This document shows, piece after piece, positions 8,918-18,785 of a DNA stretch of 64,000 nt; positions within the stretch are counted from its first letter, which is position 1; each line of letters starts with the position of its first letter. The DNA comes from Actinomycetes bacterium. GTDB lineage: Bacteria > Actinomycetota > Acidimicrobiia > Acidimicrobiales > RAAP-2. The stretch lies in the NCBI GenBank assembly GCA_021786095.1, contig JAJYNX010000098.1:448-64447 (forward strand), given 5' to 3'. Made by a program: the position numbers and the translations under genes. The notes beneath the pieces are model-generated. The model was not told the DNA's origin. It was given only the letters and a program-made list of their open reading frames with translations, and did no database searches.

Positions 8918-9639
8918 CGAAAGGACCGGGCGGCGAGCAGGGGAGCGGCCACCGCCCACGCCGCCAGCGAGAGCCAGTCGGATCCCGATGGTGCGATCCC
9001 CGTTCCGAGGATGCGATGCAAGGCCTCGGCGAGCGCGCCCGAGGGCAGCGCCACCATGAGTCGCGCGAGCCCGGACGGCAGTGACGACGTGGGCAGGACG
9101 ATTCCCGAGAGCAGCAGCAGGACGAGGTAGAGGCCGTTGGTCGCGGCGAGGTTCACCTCGGCGCGGAGCCGGCCCGCCAGGGCGAGGCCGATGCCCGCGA
9201 GCCCCGCCGAGCCCAGGACCATCACGGCGATCACTGCCGCAGCGCCCACGGCCCCTCCGTGGGGGCGCCAGCCCAGGAGTAGTGCCACCACCGAGAGGAT
9301 CACGACCTGGAGGAACTCGGTCACCAGCACCGCGGCCACCTTGGCGCCGATCAGGCGCCGCTGGCCGAGGGGCGTGACGTACAGCCGTCGCAGGACGCCA
9401 AAGGACCGCTCGAAGCCGGTGGCGATCGACAGTGCCACCATCGAGGTCGACAGCACGCAGAGTGCGAGGATCCCCGGGGCGATGAAGTCGACGCGGTGCG
9501 TCGTGGGCGTCGCGGTGACGTGCACCAGCGCGAAGAACACCAGCAGCCCGACGGGAATGGCGATGGTGAGCAGGAGCGTCTCACCGCGTCGGACGGTCAT
9601 GCGAACCTCGGCGAGGGTCTGCGCCCACCAGGCCCTCAC
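8908..9639 (-). CDS. ABC-2 type transporter permease
   Basis: RRGETLLLTIAIP, SIATGFER, six TM helices; GTG 9639 overlaps the ATPase stop. Confidence 0.88.
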   Translation of the reverse strand: MRAWWAQTLAEVRMTVRRGETLLLTIAIPVGLLVFFALVHVTATPTTHRVDFIAPGILALCVLSTSMVALSIATGFERSFGVLRRLYVTPLGQRRLIGAKVAAVLVTEFLQVVILSVVALLLGWRPHGGAVGAAAVIAVMVLGSAGLAGIGLALAGRLRAEVNLAATNGLYLVLLLLSGIVLPTSSLPSGLARLMVALPSGALAEALHRILGTGIAPSGSDWLSLAAWAVAAPLLAARSFRYD

Positions 9640-10547
9640 GCGTGGTCCTCCGCACGCTCGTCCACGATCAGGGCGAGGTAGCGCTCCTCGAGCGACGCTC
9701 GCGTGCGCAGCGCCACGAGTGCCACTCCCGCCTCCCCGAGGTAGGCGTGCATCAGGGCGAGGCGCTCGGGGGTCGCCGTCGTGGCGCAGCGCAGGCGCAA
9801 CGGCCCGTCGAGGTCGACGCGACACGAGAGTCGCCGTGCGAGCTCGACGGGGTCGAGTGGGCTCGCGACCTCGACGATCAGCTCGGGCTCGCCCGCCAGG
9901 TCGTCCAGCGTGCCCGACGCGATGACGCGGCCGCGCTGCATGATGACCAGGCGGTCGGCGACCCGCTCCGCCTCGTCCAGTTCGTGGGTGGTGATGAGCA
10001 GGGCGCAGCCGCGCTCGCGCTCCGCGCCGATCAGCGCGCGGATCACTTGGCGACCTTCGGGATCGACGGCCGTGGTGGGCTCGTCCAGGACCAGTACCCG
10101 GGGACGGCCCAGCAGGGCCAGGGCCAGCAGCGTGCGCTGCTGCTCGCCGCCACTCAGGCGCCGCCACGGCGTGCGGGCGCAGCGCTCCAGGTCGAGCAGG
10201 GCCAGCAGCTCGTCGGGCGCGCGTGGTGCGTCGTAGTAGGTGGCGGTGAGCTCGAGGGCTTGACGGGGGGTCATGGGGAACCAGACGCCGCCGCGCTGCA
10301 GGAGTGCTCCGGTACGCGTGACGACCTCGCGGTGATCGCGCCGCGGGTCGAGCCCGTGGAGTCGCACCACTCCGGCGTCGGGCGCGCGGAACCCGAGGAG
10401 CGTCTCGACCGCCGTGGTCTTGCCCGCGCCGTTGGGTCCCAGCAGGGCGACGACCTCCCCGTAGTCGACGTGCAGACTCACGTCGTCCACGGCGACCAGA
10501 TCGCCGAAGGAGACCCGCAGGTGCTCGACGGCGATGGCGCTACTCAC
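9636..10547 (-). CDS. ABC transporter ATP-binding protein
   Basis: GPNGAGKT, LSGGEQQR, VLDEPT. Confidence 0.93.
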   Translation of the reverse strand: MSSAIAVEHLRVSFGDLVAVDDVSLHVDYGEVVALLGPNGAGKTTAVETLLGFRAPDAGVVRLHGLDPRRDHREVVTRTGALLQRGGVWFPMTPRQALELTATYYDAPRAPDELLALLDLERCARTPWRRLSGGEQQRTLLALALLGRPRVLVLDEPTTAVDPEGRQVIRALIGAERERGCALLITTHELDEAERVADRLVIMQRGRVIASGTLDDLAGEPELIVEVASPLDPVELARRLSCRVDLDGPLRLRCATTATPERLALMHAYLGEAGVALVALRTRASLEERYLALIVDERAEDHA

Positions 10548-10599
10548 GCATCGAAACTAGACGCTTCGTCGCCTCGTGAGCCCTCGGTAGGCTGAGCGC

Positions 10600-11907
10600 A
10601 TGATCGATCTGGCCCAGTTGCGCCGCGAGCCCGAGGTGGTGGTGGCAGCTCTGGGCCGTCGCGGCGTCGCGGCGGCCACCGTCGAGGAGATCGTGGCCCT
10701 CGACGTGGAGCACCGCCGGCTGCTCGCCGAGACCGAGCGGCTGCGCGCCCAGGTCAAGGACCTGTCGCGCCGCGTCGGCGACGCACGTCGCGCCGGCGAC
10801 GACGAAAGCGCGGCGCGTCTCACGGACGAGAGCCGCCGCGTGGGTGACCGCGAGCGGGCCAGCGCGGCGGCGACCGATCTGCTCGGTACCGACCTGCGCG
10901 ATCGGCTGCTGCTGCTGCCGAACCTGCCCTCGCCCGAGGCGCCCGATGGTGCCGACGAGTCGGGCAACGTCGAGGTGCGCCGGTGGTGGGTCGGCCTTGA
11001 CGAGGGCACCGCGGAGCCCACGTTCGCCGAGCACCAGCGGGTGCCCCACTGGGAGGTCGGCGCGGACCTGGGGATTCTCGACCTCGAGACCGGCGTCAAG
11101 CTCGCGGGATCGATGTTCCCACTGTTTCGTGGTCCGGGTGCGCGCCTGCTGCGCGCCCTGGGCAGCTTCGCGCTCGATCGGCACCTGGAGGACTTCGAGG
11201 AGATCCGCCCCCCCACCTTCGCCCTGACCGAGACGATGCGCTCGACGGGTCACCTTCCCAAGTCGGCCGACGACATGTACGCCATCGAGCGCGACGGTCT
11301 GTGGGCGATCCCCACGGCGGAGGTCCCACTCACGTCGATGATGCGCGGCGAGATCATCGACGAGGCGCGTCTGCCGATGCGCCTCACGGCCCAGACGGCG
11401 TGCTTTCGCCGCGAGGCCGGGGCCGCGGGTCGCGACACGCGCGGTGTGCTGCGGGTGCACGAGTTCGACAAGGTCGAGCTCTTCGCGTACTGCACGCCGG
11501 ACCAGGCGCCCGCGATGCACCTCGAGGTGCTGGCGCGCGCCGAGGGGATCATTCGCGCGCTGGGACTGACGTATCGAGTCCTCGATCTGTGCGCGGGCGA
11601 TCTGGGAACCTCGTCCAAGCGCACGTGGGATCTCGAGGTCTACAGTCCCGGGGTGGATCGCTGGCTCGAGGTGTCCTCGGTCAGCTGGTTCGGCGACTTC
11701 CAGGCTCGCCGGGCCAACGTGCGCTTTCGCCGCGGCGACGGATCGGTCGCGCTGGTGCACACGGTGAACGGTTCGGCGCTGGCCTGGCCGCGCATCTGGG
11801 CCGCGCTGGTCGAGACCGGGCGCCAGAGCGACGGCTCGGTGGTGCTGCCGGAGATTCTCGCGCCCTACCTGGGTGGCGCGACGCGAATCAGCCGGTCGGC
11901 GCCGTAG
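10600..11907 (+). CDS. serS: Serine--tRNA ligase
   Basis: N-terminal coiled coil, IPTAEVPLT, FRREAG, RVHEFDKVE, EVSSVS, VHTVNGSALA. Confidence 0.97.
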   Translation: MIDLAQLRREPEVVVAALGRRGVAAATVEEIVALDVEHRRLLAETERLRAQVKDLSRRVGDARRAGDDESAARLTDESRRVGDRERASAAATDLLGTDLRDRLLLLPNLPSPEAPDGADESGNVEVRRWWVGLDEGTAEPTFAEHQRVPHWEVGADLGILDLETGVKLAGSMFPLFRGPGARLLRALGSFALDRHLEDFEEIRPPTFALTETMRSTGHLPKSADDMYAIERDGLWAIPTAEVPLTSMMRGEIIDEARLPMRLTAQTACFRREAGAAGRDTRGVLRVHEFDKVELFAYCTPDQAPAMHLEVLARAEGIIRALGLTYRVLDLCAGDLGTSSKRTWDLEVYSPGVDRWLEVSSVSWFGDFQARRANVRFRRGDGSVALVHTVNGSALAWPRIWAALVETGRQSDGSVVLPEILAPYLGGATRISRSAP

Positions 11908-12616
11908 TCTCGAAGCGGTAGCCGACGCCGCGCACCGTGGTGATGAACTCGGGTGACTTGGGATTGCGCTCGATCAGCCCGCGCAGCCGCTTGATGTGGA
12001 CGTCGAGGGTCTTGGTGTCGCCCACGTAGTCGCTGCCCCACACGCGATCGATGAGCACCTCGCGCGTCAGCACTCGTCCCGGATTCTCGAGCAGGAGGTG
12101 CAGCAGGGCGAACTCCTTCTTGCGCAGCTTCACCTCGGCGCCGGCGACGAAGCAGCGGCGGGCGTCGACGTCGAGACGAATGGGGCCGCGCTCGATCACC
12201 GATTCGTCGTCCTCGTCGGCGTCGCGCACCTCGCGGCGGCGCAGGACGGCGCGGATGCGTGCCACGAGCTCGCGCAGCCGGTAGGGCTTGGTGACGTAGT
12301 CGTCGGCGCCGATCTCGAGCAGGAGCACCATGTCCACCTCCTCGCCCTTGGCGCTCACGATGATGATGGGCACGTCACTGACCTCGCGCAGGGAGCGCAA
12401 GACGTCGAGGCCCGAGAGGCGCGGGAGCATCAGGTCCAACAGCACGACGTCGAACTCGCCGGGTCGAAAGGCGTGGAGCGCGTCCAGGCCGTCGCGCACG
12501 GCGGTGACGTCGAACCCTTCGCGCTGCAGTCCGATCGTCAGGGCCTCGACGAAGGACTCCTCGTCTTCGACGACCAGAACGCGGGTGCGGCGCCCCCCAT
12601 CGGCGTGCTTGCTCAC
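11888..12616 (-). CDS. regX3: OmpR-family response regulator, RegX3-like
   Basis: LLDLMLP, GADDYVTKPY, VWGSDYVGDTKTLDVHIKRLR. Confidence 0.88.
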   Translation of the reverse strand: MSKHADGGRRTRVLVVEDEESFVEALTIGLQREGFDVTAVRDGLDALHAFRPGEFDVVLLDLMLPRLSGLDVLRSLREVSDVPIIIVSAKGEEVDMVLLLEIGADDYVTKPYRLRELVARIRAVLRRREVRDADEDDESVIERGPIRLDVDARRCFVAGAEVKLRKKEFALLHLLLENPGRVLTREVLIDRVWGSDYVGDTKTLDVHIKRLRGLIERNPKSPEFITTVRGVGYRFETTAPTG

Positions 12617-13908
12617 GGGCGGGTGACCGGCAACTCGAGGATGAAGGTCGACCCCTCGCCCTCGCGGGAGTCCACGATCACGGTGCCTCCGTGGTTCTGG
12701 GCCACGTGACGCACGATACTCAGTCCCAGCCCGGTTCCTCCGGTTTCGCGCGCCCGGCCCGGATCCACCCGGTAGAAGCGCTCGAAGATCCGCTCGAGGT
12801 CCTTGCTCGGGATGCCGATACCTTCGTCGCGTACGATGACGCGCACCACGGGTCCGACGACCTCACTCGCGTCGGTCGAGGTCGCCTCGGCCCGCTCGAT
12901 GCTGACCTGCACGACATCGCCCGGCGCGGAGTAGACCACGGCGTTCTCGAGCAGGGCGTGCACGGCCGACACCAGTTGGCGCCGGTCGCCTACGACCACG
13001 TGGGCGACCTCGGGCTCGCGGAACTCGAGTCCGACGTCGTGCTGCTCGGCCGCGGTGCGGATCCGCTCGATGGCCTCGGCCACGAAGAGGGTGGCGGGGA
13101 TCGGCTCGCGCGAGGGGGAGCCCTCGTTCTCGATGCGCGAGAGGTCGAGGAGGTCCTCGATGATGCGGTTCACGCGGTAGGCCTCGGCGTTGATGCGCTC
13201 GGCGAGGCGCTGGGCAATCGCCGGGTCGCGCTCGACCTGGAGGGTCTCGGCGAGTAGTCCGAGCGCCCCAATGGGGGTCTTGAGCTCGTGGCTGACGTTG
13301 GCGATGAAGTCGCGTCGGATGTCCTCGAGTCGGCGCCGCTCGGAGACGTTCTCGATCACCGCCAGCACGCCGAGTGGTCGGCGTCCGTCATCGATGACGG
13401 TGGCTCGCACGGTCAGCGTGCGTCGCGGCGGTCCGTACAGGTCGAGGGTGCGCTCGGCCACGCCGTTCGACCAGCCGTCGGCCAGGATGTCGGTCACCGC
13501 CTGGGCGGCGATGGCGTCGCCGTAGCGGCTGGCCATGAGCTGCTCCGCCTGGGCGTTGCGCAGGATGACGTCGCCGCTCTCGTCGCACAGCACGAGGCCC
13601 AGCGGGAGGCTGTCGAGGGATCGACGCAGGCGAATCGCCTCGGCGCTGGACTCGCTGACGGCAGTGGTGGCCTCGCTGGTCACCTCCTCGAGGTACGCCA
13701 GGGCCGTCTCGACGCGCCCGTTGTCGCGGGGCACCTCCACGCCCAGGCGAGCGCCCAGGGCGCTCAGGCGCTGGGCGATCGCCCGGTGGTCGCGGACGCG
13801 AGAGACGAGGAAGCCCAGAAGCAGGCCCACGACGATCGCGCCGGCGAGGGCTCCGTAGAGCGCGGCGGGAGGCCACTGGGATACGAGGTTGACGGTGGCG
13901 AGGGGCAC
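12613..13908 (-). CDS. senX3: Sensor histidine kinase, SenX3-like
   Basis: RRDFIANVSHELKTPIGAL, LLENAVVYS, FERFYRVD, GGTGLGLSIVRHVA. Confidence 0.88.
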   Translation of the reverse strand: MPLATVNLVSQWPPAALYGALAGAIVVGLLLGFLVSRVRDHRAIAQRLSALGARLGVEVPRDNGRVETALAYLEEVTSEATTAVSESSAEAIRLRRSLDSLPLGLVLCDESGDVILRNAQAEQLMASRYGDAIAAQAVTDILADGWSNGVAERTLDLYGPPRRTLTVRATVIDDGRRPLGVLAVIENVSERRRLEDIRRDFIANVSHELKTPIGALGLLAETLQVERDPAIAQRLAERINAEAYRVNRIIEDLLDLSRIENEGSPSREPIPATLFVAEAIERIRTAAEQHDVGLEFREPEVAHVVVGDRRQLVSAVHALLENAVVYSAPGDVVQVSIERAEATSTDASEVVGPVVRVIVRDEGIGIPSKDLERIFERFYRVDPGRARETGGTGLGLSIVRHVAQNHGGTVIVDSREGEGSTFILELPVTRP

Positions 13909-13983
13909 ACCTCATTCTCGCAGACCTGCGCCACGCGCCCGGCGACGCCGACCGTTGGGTGCCCACACGATCAAGGGAGACCC

Positions 13984-14268
13984 ATGTACATGGCCGGCGT
14001 GCAACTCAGTCCGTCGCCGAGCGCGCTGCCCGGCTACCAGGCCCTCCAGCAGTTCACCAACGGGATCGCCTCGTGGGCCCTGCTGGCGACCCTGGCAGCG
14101 TTCCTCCTGGGGGCGGCGCTGTGGGCGATCGGCAGTCACACCCAGAACATGCACCAGTCGATGTCGGGACGTCGAGCGGTGGCGACCTCGCTGCTGGCCG
14201 CCGTGCTGATCGGCGCCGCGCCCCACGTCATCAACTTCTTCTTCTCGGCCGGGGGGAAGGTCCACTGA
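13984..14268 (+). CDS. VirB2/TrbC-like pilin-type small membrane protein (DUF6112-like)
   Basis: 94 aa, two TM helices, LPGYQALQQFTNG...GRRAV...AAVLIGAAPHVINFF; RBS AAGGGAG. Confidence 0.7.
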   Translation: MYMAGVQLSPSPSALPGYQALQQFTNGIASWALLATLAAFLLGAALWAIGSHTQNMHQSMSGRRAVATSLLAAVLIGAAPHVINFFFSAGGKVH

Positions 14269-15377
14269 TGGGGTCGTGGCTCTGTCTTGCCTCCCCCGTC
14301 GGCTGCGCCGCGACGACCCTGGCGCGCGCCACGGTCGGCGACGTCTTCGGCGGGGTGACCGCCTGGATCACGGCCAGCGTGTCGTGGCTGCTCGGCGCGG
14401 CCGGACACGTGCTGGCCTCCGCGTCCGATCCGACGATCGTGGTCAGCGCCGCGCGCCAGGAGTACGGCGTCCTCGTGGGGGTGGCGCCACTGGTGATGCT
14501 GGTCGGCCTGATGGTCGCCACGCTCCAGGCGGTGCGTCACGGGGACGCGTCGTCGCTGTGGCGTGTCTACTTCGGCGTGGTGCCGGCGAGCGTGGTGGCG
14601 ATCGTGGCCGCTCCGTCGGTCGCGGTGCTGGCCCTGCGCGCGGTCGACCAGCTCTCGCGCGTGGCGGCCACGACCGACGCGCAGCGCGCCACCCAGCTGG
14701 CCCGCGTCTTCGCCCAGCTGCCCTCCACCACTCCGGGCTTCGGGATCCTGCTCCTCGCCGGTGGGGTGGTGGTGGGGTGCTGGCTGTTGTGGTGCGAGCT
14801 GATCGTGCGCACCGTGATCCTGACGCTGCTGCTGGTCCTGGTGCCGGTCGCGGCGGCGCTCGCCCCCCTCCCCGCGACCCGGAGGCTCGGCTGGCGTCTC
14901 GCCGAGACGTTCGCCGCCGTGGCGTCCACGAAGTTCCTCATCGTCGTGGCCCTGGCGCTGGGCCTCGACGAGCTGCGCGGGTCCTCGGCCACGCAGTTGG
15001 TCACGGGCGCGGTCACGCTGGCGCTGGCGGTGGCCTCGCCGTACGTGCTGTTGCGGGTGATGCCCTTCGTGGAGCAGTCGGCGCTGCACCACCTCGACGG
15101 TCTGCGCCAGCGCGCCGCGCGCGCGGCGGCACGGGTTCCGTCGTCGCCGGTCGGTCGGGCCGTCAGGTCCCTGGCGCCCGACATCGTGCCGACTCCCTAC
15201 GAGGCGCCCGAGGATCTGGGCCTGACCATGTGGCCCGGTGTGCCGGAGGCACCGATGCCGCCCACCGACGGCGAGCCGCCGGCGCCGCCGGTGGGCACGC
15301 CTCAGCTGCGCGGCGGCCACGTCGTGCACTACTCCGACGAGGGCGGCCCGGTGGTGGGTTGGCACTTCGATGAGTGA
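14268..15377 (+). CDS. VirB6/TrbL-like polytopic membrane protein
   Basis: ATG overlaps the previous TGA; multi-TM with ELIVRTVIL and Pro-rich tail; T4SS context. Confidence 0.6.
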   Translation: MGSWLCLASPVGCAATTLARATVGDVFGGVTAWITASVSWLLGAAGHVLASASDPTIVVSAARQEYGVLVGVAPLVMLVGLMVATLQAVRHGDASSLWRVYFGVVPASVVAIVAAPSVAVLALRAVDQLSRVAATTDAQRATQLARVFAQLPSTTPGFGILLLAGGVVVGCWLLWCELIVRTVILTLLLVLVPVAAALAPLPATRRLGWRLAETFAAVASTKFLIVVALALGLDELRGSSATQLVTGAVTLALAVASPYVLLRVMPFVEQSALHHLDGLRQRAARAAARVPSSPVGRAVRSLAPDIVPTPYEAPEDLGLTMWPGVPEAPMPPTDGEPPAPPVGTPQLRGGHVVHYSDEGGPVVGWHFDE

Positions 15378-16455
15378 GGGCCCTCGGCTGGGCCCCGCCA
15401 ACGCCGTCGTCTCGTGGGTGGGTCTCGCGCGCCATCGCGTCCTGCTCGCCCTGGCGGGGGTGGGGCTCGTCGGCGACGCTCTGCTGCGCGTCGGGACGCC
15501 GGGGTGGGAGGTGGTCGCGGGCGTGGTACTGCTGGCGGGGGCGCTGCCCGCGCACGACGCGCGCAGCGTCGCCGAGTGGGCGACGACGACGACGGCCTAC
15601 CTGGCGCGCTCGCGCTGGGTCACCGTCACCGTGGAGCACCCCTCGAGCCCGTCGTCCGGGGAGCCCGAGGGGGTGAGTGTGACCAGCGCGCGCGCCACGG
15701 CGGTGGTGCGCGGCTTCGAGCTCGAGCACCGGGGTCGGCTCGACCTGTCGGGGGAGGGGCCCGCGCTCGCGCGGGCGCTGGCGGACCTCGTCGACTCGCT
15801 GGCCCTGGCGCCGCCCGACCAGCACGTCTCGTGGCACGTCCGACGCGACGGGAACGAGCTGGTGACTTTGCTGGCGGTGCGTGGCGCCGGCGCGCCGCCG
15901 CCGGCGTTCCGCCCGCGCGACGCGCTGGTCGCGTGGTTCGTCGGAGCGGCGGTCGCCGAGCGCACCTGGCTGCTCGAGCGTTGGCGCTACCTGCGCGCTC
16001 CCTACGAGGTCGTGCGCGTCCTCCGTATTCGCGACTTCACGGCGGCGCGCGACGCGGCGGTCCTGGACCGGCTGGTCTGGACGTCGTCGAGGGTGGGGAT
16101 CGCGGTGCACGTCGCGGTCGTGGAGTCGGCTCGGGCGCGGCGCCTGTCCGAGCGCGCCGTGCACCGTAGCCGCAGCGACGCGGCGATCTCGCGCGGCGCG
16201 GGCTTTCGCGAGAGCGCCCGGTCGGCCGCCGAAGAGGGGCGTCTCGCGCGGCGCGAGGGCCAGGTCGCGGCGGGCCGCGCGCTGGTGCGACTGGGCGTCT
16301 ACGTGACCGTGCACGCGGCCGGTCTCGACGAGTTGCGCGCCGCGGTGGCCGAGGTCCTCGAGGTGGCCCGCGCGGCGGGACTGCGCTGTGAGCGTGGAGC
16401 CGGTCACCAGGGGCCGTGGCACCGCTACCAGCTGCCCGGCGGACTCGGCTGGTGA
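15370..16455 (+). CDS. PrgI/VirB3-like (SCO6880-like) membrane protein fused to a VirB4 N-terminal-like region
   Basis: Two N-terminal TM helices, C-terminal GVYVTVHA...LRAAVAEV...LPGG; immediately precedes the ATPase. Confidence 0.55.
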   Translation: MSEGPRLGPANAVVSWVGLARHRVLLALAGVGLVGDALLRVGTPGWEVVAGVVLLAGALPAHDARSVAEWATTTTAYLARSRWVTVTVEHPSSPSSGEPEGVSVTSARATAVVRGFELEHRGRLDLSGEGPALARALADLVDSLALAPPDQHVSWHVRRDGNELVTLLAVRGAGAPPPAFRPRDALVAWFVGAAVAERTWLLERWRYLRAPYEVVRVLRIRDFTAARDAAVLDRLVWTSSRVGIAVHVAVVESARARRLSERAVHRSRSDAAISRGAGFRESARSAAEEGRLARREGQVAAGRALVRLGVYVTVHAAGLDELRAAVAEVLEVARAAGLRCERGAGHQGPWHRYQLPGGLGW

Positions 16456-17630
16456 GCCGGCCGTGGACTCACTGGGCGACCTCGGTCGACCTCGAGGCCC
16501 TGCGGGTGCCCGACGCCGACGCCGGTACCGGACTGGCCGGACGACCGCTCGGCCGGGCGGTGCGCGGCGGCGACTTCGTGTTCGACCCCTTCGACGCCTA
16601 CGCGTCGGGACTCGTCTCGAACCCCAACGTGGTGGTGGCCGGGGCTATCGGAACGGGCAAGAGCACCGTGGTCAAGATGATGGTCGATCGGGCGCTCGAG
16701 CGCGGGCGCCACGTCGTGGTGGTCGATCCGAAGGGCGAGTACGGCGAGCTGGCGCGACGCCACGGTCAGCGCTCCTTCGCTCCGGGTCGCGACGGCTGGT
16801 GCACGCCGTTCCCCGACGACGATCGCGAGGCACGCGCCCTCACCGGGGCGCTCCTGGCCAGCGCGCGCGCCGCCGCGCTGAGCGCTGAGCAGCACTTCGC
16901 CCTGGACGTCCTGTGGGAGGCGCTCCCCACGCCGCGCCCGCGACGGCTGCTGGCCGCACTCCTCGAGCGCGCACGCGGCCACCTCGGCGATCGTGGCCCG
17001 TCGCCGGCACGAGACCTGGCGGTGACGCTGCACCGCTTCGTCCACGGTGATCTCGCCGGCCTGGTGGACGGTGTCGGCGAACCGCTCTCCTTCGCCGATC
17101 GCCTGGTCGTCCTGGACCTGTCGGCGTCGTGGTCGAGCGGATCGCTGCCGATCGTGGCGCTGAGCGCCACGGCCGCGGCGCAGCGGGTCGCGTCGACGCG
17201 CTCGGCCCTGGGGTACCTGGTGCTCGACGAGGCGTGGGCCCTGCTGAGCGACCCGGGGGCGCTGGGCTGGTTGCGCGGCTCGTGGAAGCTGGCGCGCGCG
17301 CGGGGACTCGCGCACCTGCTGGTGCTGCACCGGTGGAGCGACGTGGCCGCCGTGGGCGACGAGGGCAGCGTCGGGCGGGCCACGGCCCAGGGCCTGCTGC
17401 GCGAGTGCGAGTCGTCGTGGCTGTTCCGTCAGCCCCCCGACGAGGCCGGCGAGATGGCTCGAGCCCTGGGGCTGGCCGACGCCGAGACGCGTCTCGTCAC
17501 GTCGCTCGGTCGGGGATCGGCCCTCGTTCGCTACGGCGCGCACCGGTCGGTCGTGCGGGTGCGGCCCGACGAGCGCGACGCCGGCTTCGTGGACACCGAC
17601 GCGGCCATGCGCTCGCCCGCGACGTCGTGA
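16452..17630 (+). CDS. VirB4-like ATPase (motor domain only)
   Basis: FVFDPF, NVVVAGAIGTGKS, VVDPKGEY, VLDEAW, WKLARARG. Confidence 0.85.
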   Translation: MSRPWTHWATSVDLEALRVPDADAGTGLAGRPLGRAVRGGDFVFDPFDAYASGLVSNPNVVVAGAIGTGKSTVVKMMVDRALERGRHVVVVDPKGEYGELARRHGQRSFAPGRDGWCTPFPDDDREARALTGALLASARAAALSAEQHFALDVLWEALPTPRPRRLLAALLERARGHLGDRGPSPARDLAVTLHRFVHGDLAGLVDGVGEPLSFADRLVVLDLSASWSSGSLPIVALSATAAAQRVASTRSALGYLVLDEAWALLSDPGALGWLRGSWKLARARGLAHLLVLHRWSDVAAVGDEGSVGRATAQGLLRECESSWLFRQPPDEAGEMARALGLADAETRLVTSLGRGSALVRYGAHRSVVRVRPDERDAGFVDTDAAMRSPATS

Positions 17631-18772
17631 CCTCGGACCGCCCGCCCCTGGGTCGACGGACGTGGCGGGGCGTGTCGTGGGGGCCGACGACGCGCCTGAC
17701 GCCGGCCAGCTCGCTCCTGGTCGTCGGGCCGACGCAGGTGGGCAAGACCTCGTCCGTGGTCGTGCCCGCGCTGCTGAGCTGGACCGACGCGCTGGTGGTG
17801 ACCAGCGTCAAGCGCGACGTGGTGGCCACGACGTCGCGGTGGCGCTCGTCCCTGGGCGAGGTGCAGGTGCTCGAGCCCGGGCGGGACGACGGCCTGACCT
17901 GGGATCCGCTCGAGGGCGTCGAGTCGATGCGTCACGCGCTTCGGGTCGCCGGAGATCTCACAGGGCGCGCGCCGGCGCACGCCGACTCGGAGTTCTGGAA
18001 CACGCTGGCCACCAAGTTGCTCGCGGCGATGCTGGTGGTGGCGCGCGAGCGCTCGCGGAGCATCTTCGACGTGGCGGCCGCGATCGAGCGTCGTGACTTC
18101 GCCGCGTGGTGCGATGACGCGAGCGTGGCGTCGCGCTCGGTGCGCGACTTCCTCGACCACGACGCCAAGACGCTCGACGCGGTCGTGACCACGGTGGAGG
18201 CGATGGTGGTGCCCTGGCGCTTCGCGCAGCCGACGGCGCGAGTGCGCCGGGTGCTCGACGGTCCCAACACGCTCTACCTGTGCAGCCCCCGCGGCGAGCA
18301 GCGACACTACGAGTCCCTCTTTCGCGGGGCGCTGCGCATGGTGCTCGAGGAGCAGCAGCGTCGGGTGGACGAGGGTCGTGGTCGGCGCCTGCTGATGGTC
18401 CTGGACGAGGCGGCCTCCGTGGCTCCCCTCGATGACCTCGACCAGATGGCGGCGACGGTGAGCGGGCTGGGGGTGACCCTGGTCACGGTGGTCCAAGACT
18501 TCTCCCAGCTGGTGGGGCGCTGGGGACCCCGAGCCTCGACGATCGTGAACAATCACACCACCCGCCTCGTGATGGCCGGTCTCGCGGACCCCAGCGTGGG
18601 TCGCTACCTGCCCGAGATCGTGGCTCCGCGCGCGAACCGTCCCGCACCGCCGCTGCGGGTGCGTTCCCCGGGCACCGCAGTTCTCGTGGCCCGTCACCAC
18701 CCGCTGGTCACGCTGCGTCTGCGACCGTGGTGGCGCGACCGTCGCCTGCGCGTGCGCGGCGAGCGATCCTAG
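17627..18772 (+). CDS. VirD4/TraG-like coupling ATPase lacking N-terminal TM anchor
   Basis: LVVGPTQVGKTSS, VVTSVKRD, WDPLEG, FWNTLA, LDEAASV, VVQDFSQL...WG. Confidence 0.85.
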   Translation: MTSDRPPLGRRTWRGVSWGPTTRLTPASSLLVVGPTQVGKTSSVVVPALLSWTDALVVTSVKRDVVATTSRWRSSLGEVQVLEPGRDDGLTWDPLEGVESMRHALRVAGDLTGRAPAHADSEFWNTLATKLLAAMLVVARERSRSIFDVAAAIERRDFAAWCDDASVASRSVRDFLDHDAKTLDAVVTTVEAMVVPWRFAQPTARVRRVLDGPNTLYLCSPRGEQRHYESLFRGALRMVLEEQQRRVDEGRGRRLLMVLDEAASVAPLDDLDQMAATVSGLGVTLVTVVQDFSQLVGRWGPRASTIVNNHTTRLVMAGLADPSVGRYLPEIVAPRANRPAPPLRVRSPGTAVLVARHHPLVTLRLRPWWRDRRLRVRGERS

Positions 18773-18785
18773 GTACGATTCCCGG

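Noticed and set aside
11888-11907. 20-bp convergent overlap of serS and regX3
   Set aside because: Short tail-to-tail overlaps are common in compact GC-rich genomes
13984-18772. Calling the T4SS-like cluster an ICE
   Set aside because: No integrase, relaxase, att repeats or cargo visible; flanks are core genes
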